Assembly (NCBI GenBank): GCA_964016885.1
Contig: CAXHJY010000973.1
Span: 1 to 64,000, forward strand
Direction: 5' to 3'
Origin: Eledone cirrhosa
Taxonomy: Eukaryota
Length of the DNA: 64,000 nt
The translations under genes and the position numbers were made by a program. This document shows, piece after piece, positions 21,570-35,700 of the stretch. The notes under the pieces are model-generated. The model saw only the letters and a list, made by a program, of their open reading frames with translations, was not told where the DNA came from and searched no databases. Every line of letters begins with the position of its first letter. Within the stretch, counting starts at the first letter, position 1.

Positions 21570-21690
21570 CTTTCTGCTCTCCCAGCTATACACTATCTAG
21601 TGACGTTACTCCAAAGACCCTTCAAAGGAACCCCATTTCGGCCACTTGTATTCTTTCGGTCATTACCCAAGATTCATGACCATCGGTAAG
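21570..21690 (-). mobile_element. Short degenerate RTE (Expander/Rex3-like) RT C-terminal fragment
   Basis: Minus strand reads LTDGHESWVMTERIQVAEMGFL*RVFGVT. Confidence 0.6.
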
Positions 21691-22249
21691 TGTTGACACA
21701 CACCAAATTGAAGATAGCGAGAAACAATTATTATATTTATAAATACACTGTTGTTGTTGTTGTCAATATTGTCAGCTGAAATTCCATCACTTAAAATACA
21801 TACACAAGATTCCAGCCTCTATGTAGTCTCCCAATCTGCTAAAAATAGAAGCCAAATATTTCCCTCAATATCAAACTATCTTAAAATAAGGGAAGGAAGG
21901 ACAGACACTAAATGTTATATAATGTTTATATTATTAATTTAATATTAGATATATCAGTATTTTAATGTTTATATAATGTTAGATATATAATGTTTCTTAT
22001 TGATATAATGTTATATATAATATATAATGTTGTGTATATTATTAATATATTATTTAGGTATAGTTAACATTCTTATATAAATATATTTATAGACAGAAAA
22101 TAATTCACGTTTAAACTAACAAAAATCATCTCATTTCTGTAATATGATTTACAAATAAAATTCTAAATAAATATCAATAACCCAATAACTCAGTTCGATT
22201 ACCTATACCAATTCAGTTTTCTGTCTACAGACTATTACTACTACTACTG

Positions 22250-22617
22250 TGTCTAATTATTCTCTATAACCCCAGTTGATGTTAGGGCTACCCTCTATAA
22301 ACCCAGTTTCTTAGGGCTAACCCTCTATATACCCTGTTTATGTTAAAATTAACCTTCTATATGTCAGGGCTAACTCTCTGTCTAATAATTCTCTATATAC
22401 CCAGTTTATTTTGGGGTTAACCCTCTATAAACTCGATTTATGTTAAGGTTAACTCTCTATGTCGAATTACACGCTATATACCCAGTTTATGTTAGACCTA
22501 TTAGTGAATAATAAGACAGAGTTAAACTCTATGTCTAATTATTCACTACACTAAATTTATGTTAGGGCTAATTCTCTATATACACCCAGTTTATGATGGG
22601 GCTAACCCTAAACCCTC
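22250..22617. repeat. Degenerate ~31-bp tandem repeat (cccagtttatgttagggctaaccctctatata-like)
   Basis: Recurring cccagtttat and agggctaaccct blocks. Confidence 0.75.
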
Positions 22618-23398
22618 ATCGAGTATATATGTATATATTATTACTTATAAAAAGAACAAATCGACAGAGGTTGGAAATACTGACGGCAACCTTTGCTAAA
22701 CGAAATCAAGTGAGGTAAAAATACAAAAATAGTAGACGTACCTGTCGAATATGTAGAAACAGCGAGAGAGAGAGAGAGTAATTAAATAATAGAGAGATAT
22801 ATAAACCCAACTGAAGCCACAAAAATAATTAAAAAATAGCAGAAAATCACCTTAGAAGGTCCAGAGGTGGCGTATGGTAATTGTAATATTTACTCCATTA
22901 AGTTATTAGTCAGGGTAGAAGAACCAGTGGCTGGTCCATGATTAATGGTGAGAAAAAACACACATATATATATGTGTGTGTATGTATATATATACATATA
23001 TCCGTGTATATATATATATGTGTGTGTGTATATATATATATATACGTATGTATATAGAGAGAGATATATCAACTGGCTTTTAATGTCGAGAGAGTTGTTG
23101 TGGTTCTGTTTATTGCTGTCTTTACGTCATAATTCTCTGCGGAAAATGTAAAACACAGAAACCCGTGACGTCAATATTTTTGTTTATTTATTTGTTTATT
23201 TATTTGTATATTTATTTGTTTCAAACGTTTTATTTATTTTTTTCTCTCTCTCATATGTCAAATATATGACAATCTCTACACACACCTCTATGTATATGTA
23301 CGCATGAATATGTATATATGAATATGTATGTATGAATATGTATATACACACACACCTCTATGTACGTATGGATATATATGTATATATATTATACACAG

Positions 23399-23467
<69 letters not shown>

Positions 23468-23502
23468 TATGTATATATATATATATAGATATACACACAC
23501 AC

Positions 23503-24075
23503 GGCATAGGTTAACTATAACGTTCGCGAAACTGAAAGTGGATTTTCTGACAAGTGAATGTGTTTGTTTGTTTTTTTTACAATGAAATTTACGATACACT
23601 CTTTGTTTATTTACAACAGGTCTCTATAGTGATATGGTGTTAATTAGTATTGCGTGTGTGATTATTTTCTCTTATATATATATGTGTGGGTGTGTATATG
23701 TGTGTATATATATGTGTGTCTGTATGTATATATATATGTGTGTTTATATATATATATATGTGTTTGTGTCATCATCATCGTTTAGATGTTTTTGTAATAT
23801 CTTGCCAAAGTTCGCACTAACTATAAACAAATTAAGGCCGGGTCATAAGAAGGACAGAGAATGATAAGGGATTTGGGTAAAAACATCTAAACGATGATGA
23901 TGACACAAACACATATATATATACAAACACACATATATATACACACATATACATACCCACACATATATATACACACATATACATACCCACACATATATAT
24001 ATAAAAAAAAAAAAACACATTCACTTGTCAGAAAATCCACTTTCAGTTTCGCGAACGTTATAGTTAACCTATGCC
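23503..24075. repeat. Interrupted inverted repeat (outer arms 23503-23564 and 24012-24075; inner arms ~23760-23792 and ~23879-23912)
   Basis: Reverse-complement matches, with mirrored TG/CA microsatellite between the arm blocks. Confidence 0.85.
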
Positions 24076-24435
24076 CACACACACATATATATTACAAATA
24101 TATGTATGTATATATTTAGAGATATGTATATGTATGTAAACATTAGGAACATATGCATGTGTGTGTATATATATGTGTGTGTATATATGTGTGTGTATGC
24201 ATGTGCGTGTGTGTGATTTCTCTGTTTTCTGTCAACTGATTAATGTAGATATCATAGATTGCTTGTAAAGCAGAACATTTCTTCAGCTTTCACAACTGCA
24301 ACCATTTTATATATTTATTTAATCAATTTAAACGTCCGTATAGAGCTAGTAAGCCATGACAAACTGAGGGAAGTATCTAGTACGTTTTATAAAAAAAAGA
24401 ACATGTCTTTGAGAAGAAAATAAACATCACATTAC

Positions 24436-24870
24436 TTCTGAGGCCTCGTCTACCCTTCATTTACTCACCTCTCGCTAATATTCTGAGGCCTTATTTACCC
24501 CTCGTTACCCACCTCTTACTAATAATCTAAGGCCTCGTCTAACTCTCATTTACCCACCTCTCATTACAATCTGAGGCCTCATCTAACTCTCGTTTACCCA
24601 CCTCTCGCTAATATTCTGAGGCCTTATTTACCCCTCATTACCCACCTCTTACTAATAATCTAAGGCCTCGTCTAACTCTCATTTACCCACCTCTCATTAC
24701 AATCTGAGTCCTCGTCTAACTCTCGTTTACCCACCTCTTACTAAGATTCTGAGGCCTTATTTACCCACCTCGTGATAAGAATCTGAGGTCTTGTGTACCC
24801 ACCCCTCACTATCAACCTGAGGCCTCATTTACCCTTTGTTTACCCACCTCTCTCTATCAATCTGAGGACT
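24436..24870. repeat. ~44-bp degenerate minisatellite, ~11 units, with a 133-bp trimeric period
   Basis: ctgaggcct...tacccacctct recurs; variants repeat at 24483/24616 and 24527/24660. Confidence 0.85.
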
Positions 24871-24904
24871 TGTGTCACAACTAAATCACTATCAGTATAG
24901 TTAC

Positions 24905-24958
24905 ATCTAACCCATGCTAGCGTGGAAAATGGACGTTAAACGATGATGATGATGATGA
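24905..24958 (+). mobile_element. Isolated RTE/SINE 3' terminus
   Basis: tctaacccatgctagcgtggaaaatggacgttaaacg(atg)n matches the family B 3' end. Confidence 0.8.
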
Positions 24959-25169
24959 AATAGTTTCATTTTACGTTCTCGTTTCAAATTCCATGTAGGC
25001 CAAATATAATTTATGACCTTCCTGGGTCAATGTCCCGGATCGATATATATTTGTATAATGCATTATAGATGCAAATTTTAAAAAAGTCAAGATGTAAATA
25101 CAGATTGTAAAAGTGAGGGTCACTGCTCCTGGAAAATAAAATTGTAAAATACCAGGAATTATCGGTCGA

Positions 25170-25425
25170 CCATTTTTCTTCCAGACTGTGGAGGAACTGG
25201 ACCATTGACAACAAAGTTCTTGTCAACATTGCTGGCTCAGTACCAAGTAATGCTCCTGGTGAGGGTGCTTGGTTGTTACAGAGTCTTAGCCTCGCTATCA
25301 CCCAGCCTTACCGAGATATAAGGTGGTGCCTCTTGGTGAGGGTGCTTGGTTGTTCCAGTGACTTAGCCACGCTATCACTGGCAGTAATACTGCCACTGTG
25401 TTGACTTGCCTCAGAAAGTATTAGA
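25170..25425 (+). mobile_element. Third CRE-like extreme 3' fragment with an internal duplication
   Basis: GEGAWLLQSLSLAIT and GEGAWLFQ*LSHAITGSNTATVL resemble WLFQRASLAVLRGNA of the 18255 element. Confidence 0.55.
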
Positions 25426-25594
25426 AGGAGGCTCCAGCACTCCATGTAATGTGTCACTGACACACATTACTTAGTGTTAACATAATATGTTCTTTCGCTT
25501 TCACTCTATATTTTCATGTAAAATATTTATGTAAACACCCAATATATGGAGTGGAAGCTATGGAAGAAGTTCAAACAATGGATGAAATATAGAC

Positions 25595-25880
25595 CAAAGT
25601 CTAAAGACTCTCAAGCCAGAGACACATCAGGCCAGAGTTTATCACAGTTTCTGTGATATGAAAGGACAGAGAGTACAAGAATTGCCCCAGGAGAGGACAC
25701 CAGTCCATCGCAGGGTTAAACCTCCACCTATTGCTGGTACTCATTTTCAGCTGAGTATACTGGAGCAATGTGAAATAAAGGTTTTGTTCAAGAACACAAT
25801 ACACAACCCAGTCCAGAAATTGAACCCACGACATTATGATAGTAAATCCAACACCCTTACCACTAGGCCACATGCCTCCA
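25595..25880 (-). mobile_element. tRNA-derived SINE
   Basis: Minus strand has A box TGGCCTAGTGG, B box GGTTCAATTTC and a body with tgtgttcttgaacaaaac and aaccctgcgatggactgg. Confidence 0.75.
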
Positions 25881-26464
25881 CAAATATAGACTAGTATTGT
25901 ATATAATATTTGGGTGTATATCTTCATTCCGTAAGAATTATAAATAATTTACAACATTATTTACACAATTGTGAAAACTATCTGTTTAACCCTTTAACAT
26001 ATACATTACTCTATATTTACTATTATGTTTTCATGGTAAAGGCTTTACCTTACATAATTATCTCGCATAATATCGAATCTATGAGATTTTGATATTATTT
26101 ATTTTGAGAACAATATCTTAACATTAGTATGAGTGACCAGTTACAGCTGGTTTGAACAGAAAGAGGTGAGAGAATTCTGGCTGGATACAGCTGGTTTAAG
26201 AAAAAAGAAGCTCCATCAATTTAATGAATTTAGATTTCTTAATAATTTCTGATGGCACACACACACAAATTATATTTATATATAATATATATAAATATAA
26301 TTCATTTCATTTCATTTTATGTCCGCTTTTTCCCTGCTTATAATATATATATGTATATATATTATATATAAATATAATATATATATGTATATATATTATA
26401 TATAAATATAATATATATACATGTATATATATATACACTATCTAATACGGACCTCTTCACTAAG

Positions 26465-26745
26465 TGAAAGATTGGAGCCATTGAAACCATTCTTATGAAA
26501 TCACAACTAAGATGCACTGCTGATGTCAACAGAGTGAGTGACAAAGGAACACCAAGTCTTCATGTATCACCAGCTTGATAGTGGGTAATGGTGGATGGTC
26601 ATAGCTCAGGTACAAAGACGTTATGTTTGAGCAACCAATATACCTTATGAGACATTTGAGCAAGTGGCCTTGCAGTGGAAGAATTGGAGATCTGTGTTAT
26701 AGTGGAATCAGGAAGTTGATTGTATCCATCAGCTAAAACAAAAGA
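26465..26745 (+). mobile_element. Highly degenerate RTE 3' fragment
   Basis: IETILMKSQLRC..V.R.SD..TP and LRYKDV resemble IEALVLKQRLRWSGHLARMKDSRIP..RYKD in the 48774 element. Confidence 0.5.
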
Positions 26746-26749
26746 AAAG

Positions 26750-29700
26750 CATTGTCCAGCATTGTACCAGCAACAATGTCCAGTATTGTACCAGCAACAT
26801 TGTCCAGCATTGTACCAGCAACAATGTCCAGTATTGTACCAGCAACAATGTCCAGTATTGTACCAGCAACAATGTCCAGTATTGTACCAGCAACATTGTC
26901 CAGTATTGTACCAGCAACATTGTCCAGTATTGTACCAGCAACAATGTCCAGTATTGTACCAGCAACATTGTCCACCATTGTACCAGCAACATTGTCCAGT
27001 ATTGTACCAGCAACATTGTCCAGTATTGTACCAGCAACAATGTCCAGTATTGTACCAGCAACATTGTCCAGCATTGTACCAGCAACATTGTCCAGTATTG
27101 TACCAGCAACATTGTCCACCATTGTACCAGCAACAATGTCCAGTATTGTACCAGCAACATTGTCCAGTATTGTACCAGCAACATTCTCCACCATTGTACC
27201 AGCAACATTGTCCAGCATTGTACCAGCAACAATGTCCAGTATTGTACCAGCAACATTGTCCACCATTGTACCAGCAACATTGTCCAGTATTGTACCAGCA
27301 ACATTGTCCACCATTGTACCAGCAACAATGTCCAGTATTGTACCAGCAACATTGTCCACCATTGTACCAGCAACATTGTCCAGTATTGTACCAGCAACAT
27401 TGTCCACCATTGTACCAGCAACAATGTCCAGTATTGTACCAGCAACAATGTCCAGTATTGTACCAGCAACATTGTCCAGTATTGTACCAGCAACAATGTC
27501 CAGTATTGTACCAGCAACATTGTCCAGTATTGTACCAGCAACAATGTCCTGTATTGTACCAGCAACAATGTCCAGTATTGCACCAGCAACAATGTCCAGT
27601 ATTGTACCAGCAACATTGTCCAGTATTGTACCAGCAACATTGTCCAGTATTGTACCAGCAACAATGTCCAGTATTGTACCAGCAACAATGTCCAGTATTG
27701 TACCAGCAACATTGTCCAGCATTGTACCAGCAACAATGTCCAGTATTGTACCAGCAACAATGTCCAGTATTGTACCAGCAACAATGTCCAGTATTGTACC
27801 AGCAACATTGTCCAGTATTGTACCAGCAACATTGTCCAGTATTGTACCAGCAACAATGTCCAGTATTGTACCAGCAACATTGTCCACCATTGTACCAGCA
27901 ACATTGTCCAGTATTGTACCAGCAACATTGTCCAGTATTGTACCAGCAACAATGTCCAGTATTGTACCAGCAACATTGTCCAGCATTGTACCAACAACAT
28001 TGTCCAGTATTGTACCAGCAACATTGTCCACCATTGTACCAGCAACAATGTCCAGTATTGTACCAGCAACATTGTCCAGTATTGTACCAGCAACATTCTC
28101 CACCATTGTACCAGCAACATTGTCCAGCATTGTACCAGCAACAATGTCCAGTATTGTACCAGCAACATTGTCCACCATTGTACCAGCAACATTGTCCACC
28201 ATTGTACCAGCAACATTGTCCAGTATTGTACCAGTAACATTGTCCAGTATTGTACCAGCAACATTGTCCAGTATTGTACCAGCAACATTGTCCAGTATTG
28301 TACCAGCAACATTGTCCACCATTGTACCAGCAACATTGTCCAGTATTGTACCAGCAACATTGTCCACCATTGTACCAGCAACATTGTCCAGTATTGTACC
28401 AGCAACATTGTCCAGTATTGTACCAGCAACATTGTCCAGTATTGTACCAGCAACATTGTCCAGTATTGTACCAGCAACATTGTCCACCATTGTACCAGCA
28501 ACATTGTCCAGTATTGTACCAGCAACATTGTCCAGCATTATACCAGCAACATTGTCCACCGTTGTACCAGCAACATTGTCCAGTATTGTACCAGCAACAA
28601 TGTCCAGCATTGTACCAGCAACATTGTCCAGTATTGTACCAGCAACGTTGTCCAGCATTGTACCAGCAACATTGTCCAGAATTGTACCAGCAACATTGTC
28701 CACCATTGTACCAGCAACATTGTCCACCATTGTACCAGCAACATTGTCCACCATTGTACCAGCAACATTGTCCAGTATTGTACCAGCAACATTGTCCACC
28801 ATTGTACCAGCAACATTGTCCACCATTGTACCAGCAACATTGTGCAGTATTGTACCAGCAACATTGTCCAGTATTATACCAGCAGCATTGTCCACCATTG
28901 TACCAGCAACATTGTCCAGCATTGTACCAGCAACATTGTCCACCATTGTACCAGCAACATTGTCCACCATTGTACCAGCAACAATGTCCAGTATTGTACC
29001 AGCAACATTGTCCAGTATTGCACCAGCAACATTGTCCAGTATTGTACTAGCAACAATGACCAGTATTGTACCAGCAACATTGTCCAGTATTGTACCAGCA
29101 ACATTGTCCAGCATTGTACCAGCGTAATTCTGCAGTGTTGTACCAGCAACAATGTCCAGTATTGTACCAGCAACATTGTCCACCATTGTACCAGCAACAT
29201 TGTCCACCATTGTACCAGCAACAATGTCCAGTATTGTACCAGCAACATTGTCCAGTATTGTACCAGCAACATTGTCCAGCATTGTAGCATCAACATTGTC
29301 CAGTATTGTACCAGCAACATTGTGCAATGTTGTACCAGCAACAATGTCCAGTATTGTACCAGCAACATTGTCCAGTATTGTACCGGCAACATTGTCCAGT
29401 ATTGTACCAGCAACATTGTCCACCATTTTACCAGCAACATTGTCCAGTATTGTACCAGCAACAATGTCCAGTATTGTACCAGCAACAATGTCCAGTATTG
29501 TACCAGCAACATTGTCCAGCATTGTACCAGCAACAATGTCCAGTATTGTACCAGCAACAATGTCCAGTATTGTACCAGCAACAATGTCCAGTATTGTACC
29601 AGCAACATTGTCCAGTATTGTACCAGCAACATTGTCCAGTATTGTACCAGCAACAATGTCCAGTATTGTACCAGCAACATTGTCCACCATTGTACCAGCA

Positions 29701-32700
29701 ACATTGTCCAGTATTGTACCAGCAACATTGTCCAGTATTGTACCAGCAACAATGTCCAGTATTGTACCAGCAACATTGTCCAGCATTGTACCAGCAACAT
29801 TGTCCAGTATTGTACCAGCAACATTGTCCACCATTGTACCAGCAACAATGTCCAGTATTGTACCAGCAACATTGTCCAGTATTGTACCAGCAACATTCTC
29901 CACCATTGTACCAGCAACATTGTCCAGCATTGTACCAGCAACAATGTCCAGTATTGTACCAGCAACATTGTCCACCATTGTACCAGCAACATTGTCCACC
30001 ATTGTACCAGCAACATTGTCCAGTATTGTACCAGTAACATTGTCCAGTATTGTACCAGCAACATTGTCCAGTATTGTACCAGCAACATTGTCCAGTATTG
30101 TACCAGCAACATTGTCCACCATTGTACCAGCAACATTGTCCAGTATTGTACCAGCAACATTGTCCACCATTGTACCAGCAACATTGTCCAGTATTGTACC
30201 AGCAACATTGTCCAGTATTGTACCAGCAACATTGTCCAGTATTGTACCAGCAACATTGTCCACCATTGTACCAGCAACATTGTCCAGTATTGTACCTGCA
30301 ACATTGTCCAGCATTATACCAGCAACATTGTCCACAGTTGTACCAGCAACATTGTCCAGTATTGTACCAGCAACAATGTCCAGCATTGTACCAGCAACAT
30401 TGTCCAGTATTGTACCAGCAACGTTGTCCAGCATTGTACCAGCAACATTGTCCAGAATTGTACCAGCAACATTGTCCACCATTGTACCAGCAACATTGTC
30501 CACCATTGTACCAGCAACATTGTCCACCATTGTACCAGCAACATTGTCCAGTATTGTACCAGCAACATTGTCCACCATTGTACCAGCAACATTGTCCACC
30601 ATTGTACCAGCAACATTGTGCAGTATTGTACCAGCAACATTGTCCAGTATTATACCAGCAGCATTGTCCACCATTGTACCAGCAACATTGTCCAGCATTG
30701 TACCAGCAACATTGTCCACCATTGTACCAGCAACATTGTCCACCATTGTACCAGCAACAATGTCCAGTATTGTACCAGCAACATTGTCCAGTATTGCACC
30801 AGCAACATTGTCCAGTATTGTACTAGCAACAATGACCAGTATTGTACCAGCAACATTGTCCAGTATTGTACCAGCAACATTGTCCAGCATTGTACCAGCG
30901 TAATTCTGCAGTGTTGTACCAGCAACAATGTCCAGTATTGTACCAGCAACATTGTCCACCATTGTACCAGCAACATTGTCCACCATTGTACCAGCAACAA
31001 TGTCCAGTATTGTACCAGCAACATTGTCCAGTATTGTACCAGCAACATTGTCCAGCATTGTACCATCAACATTGTCCAGTATTGTACCAGCAACATTGTG
31101 CAATGTTGTACCAGCAACAATGTCCAGTATTGTACCAGCAACATTGTCCAGTATTGTACCGGCAACATTGTCCAGTATTGTACCAGCAACATTGTCCACC
31201 ATTTTACCAGCAACATTGTCCAGTATTGTACCAGCAACATTGTCCACCATTGTACCAGCAATAATGTCCAGTATTGTACCAACAACATTGTCCAGTATTG
31301 TACCAGCAACATTGTCCAGTATTGTACCAGCAACAATGTCCAGTGTTGTACCAGCAACATTGTCCAGTATTGTACCAGCAACAATGTCCAGTATTGTACC
31401 AGCAACATTGTCCAGTATTGTACCAGCAACATTGTCCACCATTGTACCAGCAACAATGTCCAGTATTGTACCAGCAACATTGTCCAGTATTGTACCAGCA
31501 ACATTGTCCAGTATTGTACCAGCAACATTGTCCAGTATTGTACCAGCAACATTGTCCAGTATTGTACAAGCAACAATGTCCAGTATTGTACCAGCAACAT
31601 TGTCCAGTATTGTACCAGCAACAATGTCCAGCATTGTACCAGCAACAATGTCCAGCATTGTACCAACAACATTGTCCAGTATTGTACCAGCAACATTGCC
31701 CAGTATTGTACCAGCAACATTGTCCAGTATTGTACTAGCAACAATGTCCAGTATTGTACCAGCAACATTGTCCACCATTGTACCAGCAACATGGTCCAGT
31801 ATTGTACCAGCAACATTGTCCACCATTGTTTACAGCAACATTGTCCAGTATTGTACCAGCAACATTGTCCACCATTGTACCAGCAACATTGTCCAGTATT
31901 GTACCAGCAACATTGTCCAGTATTGTACCAGCAACATTGTCCAGCATTGTACCAGCAACACTGTTCACCATTGTACCAGCAACAATGTCCAGTATTGTAC
32001 CAGCAACATTGTCCACCATTGTACCAGCAACATTGTCCAGTATTGTACCAGCAACAATGTCCAGTATTGTACCAGCAACAATGTCCAGTATTGTACTAGC
32101 AACATTGTCCACCATTGTACCAGCAACATTGTCCAGTATTGTACCAGCAACATTGTCCACCATTGTACCAGCAACATGGTCCAGTATTGTACCAGCAACA
32201 TTGTCCAGTATTGTACCAGTAATATTGTCCACCATTGTACCAGCAACATTGTCCACCATTGTACCAGCAACAATGTCCAGTATTGTACCAGCAACATTGT
32301 CCAGTATTGTAGCAGCAACATTGTCCAGAATTGTACCAGCAACATTGTCCAGTATTGTACCAGCAACATTGTCCAGTATTGTATCAGCAACATTGTCCAC
32401 CATTGTACGAGCAAGATTGTCCAGTATTGTACCAGCAACATTGTCCAGTATTGTACCAGCAACATTGTCCAGTATTGTACAAGCAACAATGTCCAGTATT
32501 GTACCAGCAACATTGTCCAGTATTGTACCAGCAACATTGTCCAGCATTGTACCAGCAACAATGTCCAGCATTGTACCAACAACATTGTCCAGTATTGTAC
32601 CAGCAACATTGCCCAGTATTGTACCAGCAACATTGTCCAGTATTGTACTAGCAATATTGTCCAGTATTGTACCAGCAACATTGTCCACCATGGTACCAGC

Positions 32701-35700
32701 AATATTGTCCAGTATTGTACCAGGAACATTGTCCAGTATTGTACTAGCAACAATGTCCAGTATTGTACCAGCAACATTTTCCAGTATTGTACCAGCAACA
32801 ATGTCCAGTGTTGTACCAGCAACATTGTCCAGTATTGTACCAGCAACAATGTCCAGTGTTGTACAAGCAACATTGTCCTGTATTGTACTAGCAAAAATGT
32901 CCACCATTGTACCAGCAACATTGTCCAGTATTGTACCAGCAACAATGTCCAGTATTGTACCAGAAATATTGTCCAGTATTGTACCAGCAACATTGTCCAC
33001 CATTGTACCAGCAACATTGTCCAGTATTGTACCAGCAACATTGTCCAGCATTGTACCAGCAACATTGTCCAGCATTGTACCAGCAACATTGTCCACCATT
33101 GTACCAGCAACATTGTCCACCATTGTACCAGCAACATTGTCCAGTATTGTACCAGTAACATTGTCCAGTATTGTACCAGCAACATTGTCCAGTATTGTAC
33201 CAGCAACATTGTCCAGTATTGTACCAGCAACATTGTCCACCATTGTACCAGCAACATTGTCCAGTATTGTACCAGCAACATTGTCCACCATTGTACCAGC
33301 AACATTGTCCAGTATTGTACCAGCAACATTGTCCAGTATTGTACCAGCAACATTGTCCAGTATTGTACCAGCAACATTGTCCAGTATTGTACCAGCAACA
33401 TTGTCCACCATTGTACCAGCAACATTGTCCAGTATTGTACCAGCAACATTGTCCAGCATTATACCAGCAACATTGTCCACCGTTGTACCAGCAACATTGT
33501 CCAGTATTGTACCAGCAACAATGTCCAGCATTGTACCAGCAACATTGTCCAGTATTGTACCAGCAACATTGTCCAGCATTGTACCAGCAACATTGTCCAG
33601 AATTGTACCAGCAACATTGTCCACCATTGTACCAGCAACATTGTCCAGTATTGTACCAGCAACATTGTCCACCATTGTACCAGCAACATTGTCCACCATT
33701 GTACCAGCAACATTGTCCACCATTGTACCAGCAACATTGTGCAGTATTGTACCAGCAACATTGTCCAGTATTATACCAGCAGCATTGTCCACCATTGTAC
33801 CAGCAACATTGTCCAGCATTGTACCAGCAACATTGTCCAGTATTGTACCAGCAACATTGTCCACCATTGTACCAGCAACATTGTCCACCATTGTACCAGC
33901 AACATTGTCCACCATTGTACCAGCAACATTGTGCAGTATTGTACCAGCAACATTGTCCAGTATTATAACAGCAGCATTGTCCACCATTGTACCAGCAACA
34001 TTGTCCAGCATTGTACCAGCAACATTGTCCACCATTGTACCAGCAACATTGTCCACCATTGTACCAGCAACAATGTCCAGTATTGTACCAGCAACATTGT
34101 CCAGTATTGCACCAGCAACATTGTCCAGTATTGTACTAGCAACAATGACCAGTATTGTACCAGCAACATTGTCCAGTATTGTACCAGCAACATTGTCCAG
34201 CATTGTACCAGCGTAATTGTGCAGTGTTGTACCAGCAACAATGTCCAGTATTGTACCAGCAACATTGTCCACCATTGTACCAGCAACATTGTCCACCATT
34301 GTACCAGCAACAATGTCCAGTATTGTACCAGCAACATTGTCCAGTATTGTACCAGCAACATTGTCCAGCATTGTACCATCAACATTGTCCAGTATTGTAC
34401 CAGCAACATTGTGCAATGTTGTACCAGCAACAATGTCCAGTATTGTACCAGCAACATTGTCCAGTATTGTACCGGCAACATTGTCCAGTATTGTACCAGC
34501 AACATTGTCCACCATTTTACCAGCAACATTGTCCAGTATTGTACCAGCAACATTGTCCACCATTGTACCAGCAATAATGTCCAGTATTGTACCAACAACA
34601 TTGTCCAGTATTGTACCAGCAACATTGTCCAGTATTGTACCAGCAACAATGTCCAGTGTTGTACCAGCAACATTGTCCAGTATTGTACCAGCAACAATGT
34701 CCAGTATTGTACCAGCAACATTGTCCAGTATTGTACCAGCAACATTGTCCACCATTGTACCAGCAACAATGTCCAGTATTGTACCAGCAACATTGTCCAG
34801 TATTGTACCAGCAACATTGTCCAGTATTGTACCAGCAACATTGTCCAGTATTGTACCAGCAACATTGTCCAGTATTGTACAAGCAACAATGTCCAGTATT
34901 GTACCAGCAACATTGTCCAGTATTGTACCAGCAACATTGTCCAGCATTGTACCAGCAACAATGTCCAGCATTGTACCAACAACATTGTCCAGTATTGTAC
35001 CAGCAACATTGCCTAGTATTGTACCAGCAACATTGTCCAGTATTGTACTAGCAACAATGTCCAGTATTGTACCAGCAACATTTTCCAGTATTGTACCAGC
35101 AACAATGTCCAGTGTCGTACCAGCAACATTGTCCAGTATTGTACCAGCAACAATGTCCAGTGTTGTACAGGTAACATTGTCCAGTATTGTACTAGCAACA
35201 ATGTCCACCATTGTACCAGCAACATTGTCCAGTATTGTACCAGCAACATTGTCCAGTATTGTACCAGCAACAATGTCCAGTATTGTACCAGCAATATTGT
35301 CCAGTATTGTACCAGCAACATTGTCCACCATTGAACCAGCAACATTGTCCAGTATTGTACCAGCAACATTGTCCAGCATTGTACCAGCAACATTGTCCAG
35401 CATTGTACCAGCAACATTGTCCACCATTGTACCAGCAACATTGTCCACCATTGTACCAGCAACATTGTCCAGTATTGTACCAGTAACATTGTCCAGTATT
35501 GTACCAGCAACATTGTCCAGTATTGTACCAGCAACATTGTCCAGTATTGTACCAGCAACATTGTCCACCATTGTACCAGCAACATTGTCCAGTATTGTAC
35601 CAGCAACATTGTCCACCATTGACCAGCAACATTGTCCAGTATTGTACCAGCAACAATGTCCAGCATTGTACCAGCAACATTGTCCAGTATTGTACCAGCA

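Noticed and set aside
23540-23600. CTGACAA...GAAA as a hammerhead
   Set aside because: Uncompensated core change and no pairing stems.
25810-25880. tRNA gene
   Set aside because: A and B boxes are present but there is no clean cloverleaf, and the sequence continues into a SINE body.
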